From the NCBI GenBank assembly GCA_964454175.1, contig CAYVSA010000012.1:3208-32137 (forward strand): a DNA stretch of 28,930 nucleotides, written 5' to 3'. Made by a program: the position numbers and the translations under genes. The notes under the pieces were generated by a model, which worked only from the letters and a program-made list of their open reading frames with translations, did not search any database and had not been told where the DNA came from. Numbering within the stretch: the first letter of the stretch is position 1; every line of letters begins with the position of its first letter. Origin of the DNA: an uncultured Pseudomonadota bacterium. GTDB taxonomy: Bacteria; BMS3Abin14. This document shows positions 16,676 through 25,372 of the stretch, one piece after another.

Positions 16676-17610
16676 GCTGCCTTAAAGGGGGCATTACCAG
16701 ACGAATGTTCCTGAAGGGCTCTGCGGCTTCTCTGGCTCTGGCAGGCTCTTCCCTTCCGCCCTTTGCGGCGCTTGGCCGCTCCAGCGTACTGAAACCGGAT
16801 CCGGTTCTGTCACTGACGGAAAACGGTGACTACATTAAGGCTACTTTTGAGGCAGTGGAGAACCTTGGAGGTATGACTTCCTTTGTACCGAGGGATTCCG
16901 AGGTGCTGATCAAGCCCAATATAGGCTGGGACAGGACAGTTCAGCAGGGGGCCAACACACATCCGCTGGTTGTTAAAGCTGTGATCGTGATGTGCCTGGA
17001 AGCCGGTGCACGAAGGGTGATCGTTGTTGACAGGACCTGTAACGATGCAAGGCGAAGCTATAATAACAGTGGTATAGCCGGGATGGTAAACGCACTGGGA
17101 GATCGCAGGGTCAGGCTTGATTTTGTAAGGCCAGGTCTTTTTAAAAAAACCCCCTTTCCCGACGGCAAAACACTAAGAGAGTGGCCCCTCTACGAACCAG
17201 CAGTTAACGCAGACGTCCTCATAAATATCCCCGTGGCAAAGCACCACAGCATAAGTAAATTGACACTATCCATGAAGAACCTCATGGGTCTCCTCGGTGG
17301 GAACAGGGGGGTATTTCACTCAGGTATCGGTCAGAAACTTGCTGACCTGACCTCTGCTCTTAAACCCGACCTTCACATACTTGATGCTACCAGGATACTA
17401 CTTCGAAACGGCCCTTCAGGGGGCAGGCTGGAGGACGTGAAGGTGCTCAACCGTATAGCGGCAAGTCCCGATCCGGTTCTGCTGGATGCCTATGGTACGA
17501 CCCTTTTCGGCCTTTCGCCGTCTGACATCCCTTCAGTCAGTGCCGGGTTCAGGCACGGTCTCGGCGAGATGGACCTTGCCAGGGCCAGGGTCCTCGGAGG
17601 GGCAGTTTGA
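16672..17610 (+). CDS. Tat-exported DUF362 protein
   Basis: ITRRMFLK twin-arginine signal; VLIKPNIGWDR, NTHP, INIPVAKHH, LTLSMKNLMG, DPVLLDAY. Confidence 0.9.
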   Translation: MSCLKGGITRRMFLKGSAASLALAGSSLPPFAALGRSSVLKPDPVLSLTENGDYIKATFEAVENLGGMTSFVPRDSEVLIKPNIGWDRTVQQGANTHPLVVKAVIVMCLEAGARRVIVVDRTCNDARRSYNNSGIAGMVNALGDRRVRLDFVRPGLFKKTPFPDGKTLREWPLYEPAVNADVLINIPVAKHHSISKLTLSMKNLMGLLGGNRGVFHSGIGQKLADLTSALKPDLHILDATRILLRNGPSGGRLEDVKVLNRIAASPDPVLLDAYGTTLFGLSPSDIPSVSAGFRHGLGEMDLARARVLGGAV

Positions 17611-19136
17611 GAAGATACAGGGTCATTTCCCAGTGGGTTTTCGGCCTGTTCTTTCTTTTCCTTTTCTTTTCCACGCGCTATACGGGCCAGGAGGTTATCC
17701 CGTGGCCCGTTAATGCGTTCTTCCGAATTGATCCTCTAACAGCTTTGAGTTCCATGACAGCTTCCAGAAAGCTGCTCACCTTTTTCTGGCCCCTGCTATT
17801 ACTGGTCCCGGTAACATTCCTGTTCGGCAGGCTTTTTTGCGGGTGGATCTGTCCCATGGGCGGATGCCTCGACCTGTTCGGACGTTACAGCAGGGCCAGG
17901 GCACCGGCACCGGAGGGTCCTTTTTACAGGACAAAGGAGTTGGTGCTCGTAGTTCTGCTGGCCTCTTCTGTCTTCACGTTGGATATGGCCGGGATTTTCG
18001 ACCCCCTCTCTATTCTAATACGGAGCCTTGCTATGGGGATCGTGCCTCCACTTGAAAGAGCGGCAACGGTATTTTTCGACACAGCATACAGAATGGGAGA
18101 TCCGGTCCGTTCAGTAACAGAACCCCTTTACGGTTTTTTACACGACAGAATACTTTCTTTTTCTCCTCCGGTGTTCAGGCAGGTCCCCTTGTTTCTCACG
18201 CTGTTTATCGGGATCATCGTACTGGAGCTCTATGAAAGGCGTTTCTGGTGCCGCAACCTCTGTCCCCTGGGCGCACTGCATGGCTGGATCTCATTTCTGT
18301 CGCCCCTGGGCCTGAAGGTCAAGTCCGACCCCTGTTCAGGATGCTCTGACTGCAGCAAAGTATGCAGGATGGGAGCTCTGGATATGGGTTCAAAGGCGAC
18401 GATACGTACAGCTGACTGCACCTTATGCTACGACTGCGTAGATGAATGTCCCGAGAAGGCAATATCATTGGGGACAGAACAGGCCGATACTGTGTCAGCG
18501 GTGTCGGCTTTTTCCCTCTCCAGGCGCCAATTTGTAACAAGTGCTGCCACAGGAGTTCTGCTTCCCCTGGCCCTTGGTCCGGGAGTCAGAGCAGATAAAC
18601 TCGGTCAGTATGTCATCAGACCGCCGGGAGCGGCACCAGAAAATGAATTTCTGTCCCTGTGCTTAAGGTGCGGAGAGTGCATGCGTGTCTGCCTGACAAA
18701 CGGGCTTCAACCAACCCTGATGGAAGCAGGCCTTGAAGGGATGTGGAGCCCCAGATTGGTGTCCAGGACAGGATACTGTGAGTACTCGTGTACCCTCTGC
18801 GGCCAGGTGTGCCCGACAAACGCAATTGAAAACCTCGATCCGGTAAGCAAGCGGGATGTTCGTATCGGTCTGGGGGTCATAAACAAGAACACCTGCATAC
18901 CCTTCGTCAAGCCGGAAGAGTGCATCGTATGTGAGGAGCACTGCCCCACGCCGCAGAAGGCCATAGTCTTCGACAGGGCTTTCGTCCAGGGTCCGGAGGG
19001 CACCGCCGAGGTCAAGCAGCCGAGAGTCATAGAAAAGCTCTGCATCGGCTGCGGGATCTGCGAGTACAAGTGTCCCGTGGAGGGCGAGGCCGCTATCAGG
19101 GTTATCAGGAGCGGGGAAGATCGAGCCGTGGTGTAG
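17607..19136 (+). CDS. Membrane polyferredoxin (NapH-like plus NapG/MauM-like fusion)
   Basis: TTGA overlap; GRLFCGWICPMG, RFWCRNLCPLG, IRPPGA, CLRCGECMRVC, CEYSCTLCGQVCP, CIVCEEHCP, CIGCGICEYKCP. Confidence 0.92.
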   Translation: MRRYRVISQWVFGLFFLFLFFSTRYTGQEVIPWPVNAFFRIDPLTALSSMTASRKLLTFFWPLLLLVPVTFLFGRLFCGWICPMGGCLDLFGRYSRARAPAPEGPFYRTKELVLVVLLASSVFTLDMAGIFDPLSILIRSLAMGIVPPLERAATVFFDTAYRMGDPVRSVTEPLYGFLHDRILSFSPPVFRQVPLFLTLFIGIIVLELYERRFWCRNLCPLGALHGWISFLSPLGLKVKSDPCSGCSDCSKVCRMGALDMGSKATIRTADCTLCYDCVDECPEKAISLGTEQADTVSAVSAFSLSRRQFVTSAATGVLLPLALGPGVRADKLGQYVIRPPGAAPENEFLSLCLRCGECMRVCLTNGLQPTLMEAGLEGMWSPRLVSRTGYCEYSCTLCGQVCPTNAIENLDPVSKRDVRIGLGVINKNTCIPFVKPEECIVCEEHCPTPQKAIVFDRAFVQGPEGTAEVKQPRVIEKLCIGCGICEYKCPVEGEAAIRVIRSGEDRAVV

Positions 19137-19139
19137 TTC

Positions 19140-19232
19140 GGTCCCAGGACCCATGGCCCATGAACAATTGCCAATAATCCAATATCCAGATCGATGGTTG
19201 ACCTTGGACCTTGGACGTTGGACATTGGACCG
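19140..19232. repeat. Two heptamer arrays in inverted orientation (nnnnCCA then TGGAnnn)
   Basis: ggtccca ggaccca tggccca tgaacaa ttgccaa taatcca atatcca ... ttgacct tggacct tggacgt tggacat tggaccg. Confidence 0.8.
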
Positions 19233-19348
19233 ACTTGCCCCCCCCCGACCCGATAAAAACCTGCCACCCCTGATCCCTTGATATATCTGTAACTATATGT
19301 GAAATACTTATGTATTAGTTCCGGAGGCAGTTGTGGCGGCCTTCATTC

Positions 19349-19392
19349 TGACAGAAAACTGACACTTACCCTGAGGTGACAGAAAATTAACA
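19349..19392. promoter_or_regulatory. Tandem 16-bp boxes TGACAGAAAAYTRACA, candidate regulator-binding sites
   Basis: tgacagaaaactgaca (19349-19364) and tgacagaaaattaaca (19377-19392), 14/16 identical, 28 bp apart. Confidence 0.55.
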
Positions 19393-19442
19393 TCTCTCGA
19401 AAAAGCAAGGTTCTAAAGGGGCTTGGCTCATCCAGATTTACC

Positions 19443-20660
19443 ATGGTGCTCCTACTTGCGCTCGCGTTCTTTTCCGCGATCGGAACTATCATACCCCAGG
19501 GCATGTCAGAGGGCGAATACAACCTCCTCATGGGCAGCAACCTCGCGCGTCTTGTACGTTCCCTGCACCTTGCAGACCTCTTCCACGCTCCGTGGTACCG
19601 ATTTATCCTCGCGAGCCTGATGGTCAATATGCTTGTCTGCATAGTGCTGAGACTCCCTTCAATATTATCCTCCCTGAGCGGTAAAAAGGCACTCATGAAA
19701 AAACCGGTTCTGGAAACGGATGACTCCTCCGAACAGCGGGACCGGATCGCCGATGTCTTGAGGAGGATGGGATTCAAAGAGAGGAGGAGAGGGGCAGTCA
19801 GTGTATTTTCCACGGGAGCAACGGGGTATATTTGCACAGTAATCAGCCACCTGAGCCTCCTCGTGATCATTGGTTTTTCCTTTGCCGGTTCCACCATGGG
19901 ATTCGTCGGGACGCAAAGGGTCTATGTCGGTCAGAGCACTGAAACGTACTACAACTGGAAAGAGCGTTCCGATAAACCTCTTCCCTTTGAACTGTATGTG
20001 GAAGACTTCAATATCACGCCCCATCCGACAGGCGTGAAAATGGGGGTCCTGGAGAAAAATACGGGGCGTAAGGGAAAAGAGATCACCACCCACGTTGGCG
20101 GTACTTTCAGGGTTCCAGGAGTCCACGGGAAGGTAACTGTGACTTCTTTTGATACAGAGAAGAAGACTTACAAGGCGCTCTGGCAAAGCCCCGGCGGTGA
20201 AAGTGTTTCATTTGGTACGGGTGACGAGATCGGTTCATCAGGGGTTACTCTTGTTGTTACGGCATACGCATACTTCCCTGAAAAGGCAGTCGTCGCAACT
20301 ACCGTTCTCAGGGAGGGCAGCAAGGTTCTGAATAGAGGAGACATAGCCCCGAATCAACCGCTGAATTACGAGGGTCTCTTCATCTACCTCACCGATTATG
20401 GCAAGGACAGGTTCGGTTTCCCCTTCGTGGGATATCAGATCGTCAGGGACCCGGGGCGAACAGGTGTATGGACGGGATGCATACTTTTTCTGATATCCGT
20501 AACTGGTGCCATTTTCCTCAGATACAGGTGCGCTGTGCTCAGATCCGATAGCGGGCGTTTATTCGTCCACATTTCAGGGATGAGCAAGAGTGTTGACCCG
20601 GGAGAAGATCTGGCAGCTCTTTTCAGAGACGCCATCGGATATGAGGATCCGTCCCAATGA
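19443..20660 (+). CDS. resB: Cytochrome c biogenesis protein ResB/Ccs1
   Basis: SAIGTIIPQ, DLFHAPWY, NMLVC, HLSLLVI, NQPLNYEG and QIVRDPG are ResB hallmarks. The true start may be upstream (see findings). Confidence 0.85.
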   Translation: MVLLLALAFFSAIGTIIPQGMSEGEYNLLMGSNLARLVRSLHLADLFHAPWYRFILASLMVNMLVCIVLRLPSILSSLSGKKALMKKPVLETDDSSEQRDRIADVLRRMGFKERRRGAVSVFSTGATGYICTVISHLSLLVIIGFSFAGSTMGFVGTQRVYVGQSTETYYNWKERSDKPLPFELYVEDFNITPHPTGVKMGVLEKNTGRKGKEITTHVGGTFRVPGVHGKVTVTSFDTEKKTYKALWQSPGGESVSFGTGDEIGSSGVTLVVTAYAYFPEKAVVATTVLREGSKVLNRGDIAPNQPLNYEGLFIYLTDYGKDRFGFPFVGYQIVRDPGRTGVWTGCILFLISVTGAIFLRYRCAVLRSDSGRLFVHISGMSKSVDPGEDLAALFRDAIGYEDPSQ

Positions 20661-22222
20661 AATTAAACTGGACGAACAAGATAATGCTCTATTCTACGGT
20701 ACTGATCGCTCTTGCAGTCCTCATGACAACCTACATTACATACAGGACGGCAGCGGGTCTCTGGGAAAAGGAGTTTCTGGAAAGGAACGCCGCCTACGCG
20801 AAGTACACATCCCTGGATGTTCTCAGGATATTCGGGAGCAATTTCGATGGTGTAGAAAATGAAGCTCTCGCGGGCGAGATCAGTAATTTGACGGATTTTA
20901 ACAGCGATCTGCAAGGTGTCATGATCCTGACTCAGAGCGGCCGGGTCCTCTTCAAAACCCTTTCAGAGAATATCATGGATTCTCTGGACAGGACCTGGCC
21001 GGACGGACTGCCATCGGCAGTGAGGAAGGTAGTGAGGACGGGCCAACCCGTGACGATGAAAGGACGGTCCGGCGATCACCAGACACTTGACGTCCTGTCC
21101 CCTGTTTCGGGGCAGGGAGGTACGAGGCCGGTTGCTGTCCGGTATATTTTTTCCTACGAATCCCTTGATGTGAAGACCGCCGGTCTCATACGAAGGGCTG
21201 TTGCAGGTGCAGGCGCGCTCCTGGCTGTAACTCTTCTCCTGTCAACCCTGCTCTCCCGGCGTCTCGTCAGGCCGGTAAGGGCCCTTTCCCTCGGAGCTGC
21301 CAGGATAGCTGCCGGTGACGGGGACCACAGGATCGGAGTGGATACTGGAGACGAGCTTGAAAGCCTGGCCGATGAGTTCAACAGCATGGTGGATGCTCTT
21401 AAAGACCAGCAGGGGGACCTGGAAACCGCCAATCTGGAACTGGAAAAAGCCAACCGCCACCTGGTGGGCCTTCAGGATCAACTCCTGCGTTCAGAGCGCC
21501 TTGCGGCTCTTGGCCAGCTGTCGGCTGGAGTGTCCCACGAGCTTGACAACCCTGTGGGCGTCATACTTGGTTACGCCGAGCTGCTGGAGGAGGAGCTAAG
21601 AGACAGTACTGCACCCAAAGAATACGCAGCTGCAATACTTGCCGAGGCCAAGCGCTGCAAGAGAATAATTGCAGGTCTTCTGGACTTCTCGCGGCCCACT
21701 CGGGGAGAGTTGCAGCGGATCGATCTCAGGTTGATGATATCCGACTTCCTGGATCAACTCGGGTCCCAGAGAGCTTTTCGAAATATAAATATTGATTTTG
21801 CCTCCGAGGAGGATTGCTGTCTGGTGGAAGCGGATCCCGATTCTCTTCGGCAGATCTTTCTGAACCTTTCTCTGAACTCCGCACAGGCTATGGGGGAGGC
21901 TGGTTCTATCTCACTGGTGATTCGTCCTGAGGGGAATGGAAGCGCGCATGGGTTCCTCATATCTTTCGCCGACACAGGTCCTGGCGTTCCGGATGAACTT
22001 GTGTGCAGGATCTTCGATCCATTCTTCAGCACGAAAAGAAGAGGTGAAGGCACAGGGCTTGGACTGGCAATTTGCCGCAAGCTGGTAGAAGAGGCAGGCG
22101 GCTGGATAGAAGTTCGACCTGCACGAGGTGAAGGCGGAACTTTCCTGGTCTGGCTGCCGTCGGTTCCTCTGGAGAGTTCCGATCAACAGCCGGGAACCCT
22201 GAAACAGACGGGTAGTGAATAA
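20657..22222 (+). CDS. Membrane sensor histidine kinase (HAMP, NtrB-like)
   Basis: Two TM segments, HAMP (GDELESLADEFNSM), H-box GVSHELDNP, N-box QIFLNLSLNS, DTGPG, FDPFFSTK, GTGLGL. Confidence 0.95.
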   Translation: MKLNWTNKIMLYSTVLIALAVLMTTYITYRTAAGLWEKEFLERNAAYAKYTSLDVLRIFGSNFDGVENEALAGEISNLTDFNSDLQGVMILTQSGRVLFKTLSENIMDSLDRTWPDGLPSAVRKVVRTGQPVTMKGRSGDHQTLDVLSPVSGQGGTRPVAVRYIFSYESLDVKTAGLIRRAVAGAGALLAVTLLLSTLLSRRLVRPVRALSLGAARIAAGDGDHRIGVDTGDELESLADEFNSMVDALKDQQGDLETANLELEKANRHLVGLQDQLLRSERLAALGQLSAGVSHELDNPVGVILGYAELLEEELRDSTAPKEYAAAILAEAKRCKRIIAGLLDFSRPTRGELQRIDLRLMISDFLDQLGSQRAFRNINIDFASEEDCCLVEADPDSLRQIFLNLSLNSAQAMGEAGSISLVIRPEGNGSAHGFLISFADTGPGVPDELVCRIFDPFFSTKRRGEGTGLGLAICRKLVEEAGGWIEVRPARGEGGTFLVWLPSVPLESSDQQPGTLKQTGSE

Positions 22223-22234
22223 GGGAGTTGGAAA

Positions 22235-23590
22235 ATGGGCAAAAAGATCCTTATTGTTGATGATGAACCCGGGATGAGGGGACTGCTTGACCGGGTCATG
22301 GAAAAGGAGGGTCACTTCTCATCATCTGTTGATGGCGCGGCCGAAGCACTTCGATTGATCCAGGAGGAAGAGTGGCACCTGGTTATCACGGACATCGACA
22401 TGCCAGGTATGGATGGCATCGAGCTTCTAAAGCGCATCCGATCAATTTCTTCGGATCTGCCCGTGGTAGTCATAACGGCCTACGCTACTGTGGAAAGTGC
22501 TGTGGAAGCGATGAAACTCGGTGCCGAGGATTATGTCACCAAACCATTTCAGACCGATGAGCTTAAAATAGTGGTGTCCAGGGTATTTGAGAGGGTGAGG
22601 ATACTTTCTGAAAAGAACATGCTCCTTGACCAGATAAGCAGCCATTATGATCTTAAGGGGATAGTCTGTGATTCGAGGTCAATGAAGGATGTCCTGGACC
22701 TGGCCCTGAGCGTGGCCTCCTCGAATGCGAGTGTGCTCCTCGAAGGTGAGAGCGGGACGGGCAAGGAGCTTCTGGCAAGGGCCATTCATGAGAACAGTAC
22801 CAGGTCCGACAAACCTTTCGTTGTTGTAAACTGCGGCGCCCTGGCCGAGGGAGTCCTTGAAAGCGAGCTTTTCGGACACGAGAAAGGAGCATTTTCCGGC
22901 GCAATTGCCACCAAGAAGGGGAGGTTCGAACTGGCAGATAAAGGGACCCTTTTCATCGATGAGGTCGGTGAATTAAACCCCGGCGCCCAGGTAAAGCTCC
23001 TTCGCTTCCTCCAGGAGAGCGAGTTTGAAAGAGTTGGAGGGACCAGGGTGTTAAAGAGCGATGCCAGGATCATCACTGCAACCAACCGTAATTTGCGGGA
23101 CCTTTTAAAGGTGGGTAGTTTCCGGGAGGATCTGTTCTACCGTCTTAATGTGGTTAATGTCAGGGTCCCTTCCCTCAGAAACCGCAGGGAGGACATAAAG
23201 CCCCTTGCCCAGCATTTTCTGAAGAAATACTCCCTGGAGATGAATAAACGCCTCGAGGGGGTCTCCCCGGAGGTGCTGGTGGCCCTGGAGGCGTACGACT
23301 GGGAGGGTAATGTCAGGGAACTGGAAAACGTAATTGAGCGTGCTGTTGTGCTGTGTAAGAGGGACCAGATCACCATGATAGACCTTCCCGAAGAACTCAG
23401 GGGACTGCAGGCGGATGAGGCTGCCTCCTCCGGCGAGAGGACCCTGCCTGACATGATGGAGGCGATCGAAAGACAGATCCTTGTCAGGACGCTGGCCGAA
23501 AACAGCGGCAGCCAGACGAAAACAGCAGCGGAACTGGGTCTGAAGAGGACTACTTTACGCTACAAGATGGCTAAATACGGGATCCTGTGA
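22235..23590 (+). CDS. Sigma54-dependent response regulator (NtrC/AtoC family)
   Basis: Receiver (ILIVDDE, TDIDMPGMDG, KPF); GESGTGKE, ESELFGHEKGAFSGA, LFIDEVGE, FREDLFYRLNV, WEGNVRELEN; Fis-type HTH. Confidence 0.97.
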   Translation: MGKKILIVDDEPGMRGLLDRVMEKEGHFSSSVDGAAEALRLIQEEEWHLVITDIDMPGMDGIELLKRIRSISSDLPVVVITAYATVESAVEAMKLGAEDYVTKPFQTDELKIVVSRVFERVRILSEKNMLLDQISSHYDLKGIVCDSRSMKDVLDLALSVASSNASVLLEGESGTGKELLARAIHENSTRSDKPFVVVNCGALAEGVLESELFGHEKGAFSGAIATKKGRFELADKGTLFIDEVGELNPGAQVKLLRFLQESEFERVGGTRVLKSDARIITATNRNLRDLLKVGSFREDLFYRLNVVNVRVPSLRNRREDIKPLAQHFLKKYSLEMNKRLEGVSPEVLVALEAYDWEGNVRELENVIERAVVLCKRDQITMIDLPEELRGLQADEAASSGERTLPDMMEAIERQILVRTLAENSGSQTKTAAELGLKRTTLRYKMAKYGIL

Positions 23591-23605
23591 GAATCCGGTC
23601 TCATC

Positions 23606-23621
23606 TGGTACAGACATTGCT
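23606..23621 (+). promoter_or_regulatory. Putative sigma54 (-24/-12) promoter
   Basis: TGGTACAGACATTGCT, one mismatch from TGGCAC-N5-TTGCW, 16 nt after the activator's stop codon. Confidence 0.7.
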
Positions 23622-23634
23622 TGTTACCGGTCCG

Positions 23635-24633
23635 ATGAGAGTTGAAGCCGCGGTCCTGTTTGTCATCATCGCCTTCGTCATGATGGGATCGAGCGGCTGC
23701 TCCGGTTCCTTCAGTGGAACCGTCCTGGCTGCCGCACCTGTGGGGAAAAGTCCCGGAGCTGACGACTGGGAGAAGGCCGTCCCCCTCGATCTCGAAGTGA
23801 TGAGGGGTTACATACACCAGTCCCCGGAGGTGGTTCTTTTAGACAGCGGAACAAGTCACAGGTCAACTGCTGAATGTCACCATGGCGCCGAAAGATCACG
23901 TCCAGTTCTGGTGAGGCTGATGGCTCTTTACACTCCAGAGGATCTTTACATTAAGGCGCGCTGGGTGGATATGACTCCAGACAGAGGTCCTGAAGTGATC
24001 AGCCGCGGAGTTGAAGAAACCTCCGCCCCGGTAAGCGATGACGGTCTGGCCCTGATATGGGGTCTTTCCGGAGACAGATCATTTAACTGCGCCTCAGCCT
24101 GCCATACAAGGGATTCCGGGATTTTTGATGGCGGTACGCGAAGACGGATGGAGATGACTTTCTCAGGCGAAGGGGCCCTCGATCTTTGGAGATTCAGGTC
24201 CGGACTTGCTTTGGAGTCGGGACTTGCTGACGATATGTTTGTGGACGGGAATGGTAAAAAAGGGGACAGGGAACAGATCACGTCTGTCAGGGCCGGGCTG
24301 ACCCCGGGGGAGGTGACAGATGTTAAAGATGTGGAAACTGATACACCCTATACAGCCTATATTTCACCGAAGGGCGCACAGGCAGATGTGTCTGTCACCG
24401 CAAGCTGGGATCATGGTGTCTGGAACGTTGTTTTCAGAAGGCGACTGGATTCGGCAGACGTAAGGGACAGGCGCTTTTTCGTAAATGGCAGGTATCCCTT
24501 CGGGGTAGCGGTCTTCGACGGTACTGTAACAGAGCATCACGTTGCCGATGCCGGGTTAGAGCTGGTCCTTGCCGAACCCGCTGACAACGAACAGGAAGGA
24601 AAGGGATTGATCAATGAGCCGCTGGATTTCTAG
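23635..24633 (+). CDS. Exported ethylbenzene-dehydrogenase-gamma/DOMON-like heme protein with CX3CH
   Basis: ALYTPEDLYIKARWVD, DGLALIW, CASACH, LDLWRF, WDHGVWNVVFRRRL, YPFGVAVFDG..EHH. Hydrophobic signal with possible lipobox SSGC. Start 23635 or GTG 23587. Confidence 0.75.
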   Translation: MRVEAAVLFVIIAFVMMGSSGCSGSFSGTVLAAAPVGKSPGADDWEKAVPLDLEVMRGYIHQSPEVVLLDSGTSHRSTAECHHGAERSRPVLVRLMALYTPEDLYIKARWVDMTPDRGPEVISRGVEETSAPVSDDGLALIWGLSGDRSFNCASACHTRDSGIFDGGTRRRMEMTFSGEGALDLWRFRSGLALESGLADDMFVDGNGKKGDREQITSVRAGLTPGEVTDVKDVETDTPYTAYISPKGAQADVSVTASWDHGVWNVVFRRRLDSADVRDRRFFVNGRYPFGVAVFDGTVTEHHVADAGLELVLAEPADNEQEGKGLINEPLDF

Positions 24634-25372
24634 ATTGTTTCTGTGCGGGATGATCGCAGGTCTGGCAGGAGTTCTATACAGTGCCTGTAATTTTGCCGGA
24701 AGTTCCGGAAAGGGTTCGAACGGAGTGGTCTCAGGGTCTGTTACTGTGCCCCTGGAGGGCGCCCGCATCTATATCTATCAGGAGGGAGATGACATTTACA
24801 GCGCGGCGAATGTCATCTCCGCCCCTACGGGTCCCGATGGGGCCTACTCTGTTTCACTGGGCCCCGGAAAATATGTTGCTGTTGCGAGAATGAGAATTTC
24901 CGGAGATGTTACCGGACCGGTTAAAATTGGAGATTTTCACAGCGAGCCTGTTTCGTTCGAGGTGGCTGGGGGTGAGACGAAAGTCCTTGATGTCGGGGCA
25001 TCGGTCAAATCGGGCAACAGCAAAAAGTTCCCTTCTACCGCGGTAAAGGGGGATACAGGGATTTCCGGACACATCCTGGACGCGGATGGAAAGCCGGCAG
25101 CCGGGCTTCGTGTTAATGTTTACGATCATATTCAAATGTCCGAGCGGCCCAAGTATGTCAGCGAGCGCACCGGCCCTGACGGCAGATACAGGGTTTTTCT
25201 AAAAAGGGGCGGTACCTATTATGTCGCTGCCAGGGATAGATTTGGCGGTCCGCCACAGCTTGGGGACCTTTACGGCCGTTACGACGAGGGTACCATCGAT
25301 CCTTCAGGAGTCGTGGTTCGTAAAGGAGAGGTCCTCAGGGACATCGATGTAACGGTTCATAAGGTCTGGTAA
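24614..25372 (+). CDS. Carboxypeptidase-regulatory-like repeat lipoprotein (paralog 5)
   Basis: Possible lipobox YSAC; SAPTGPDGAY, GKYVAVAR, GGTYYVAARDRFGGPP; ends KVW. Confidence 0.8.
   Translation: MSRWISRLFLCGMIAGLAGVLYSACNFAGSSGKGSNGVVSGSVTVPLEGARIYIYQEGDDIYSAANVISAPTGPDGAYSVSLGPGKYVAVARMRISGDVTGPVKIGDFHSEPVSFEVAGGETKVLDVGASVKSGNSKKFPSTAVKGDTGISGHILDADGKPAAGLRVNVYDHIQMSERPKYVSERTGPDGRYRVFLKRGGTYYVAARDRFGGPPQLGDLYGRYDEGTIDPSGVVVRKGEVLRDIDVTVHKVW

Noticed and set aside
19140-19232. CRISPR array
   Set aside because: Units are contiguous degenerate 7-mers with no spacers, and no cas genes are present.
19238-19246. C9 tract as phase-variation switch
   Set aside because: Intergenic and not demonstrably within a promoter spacer; needs read-level length variation to support.
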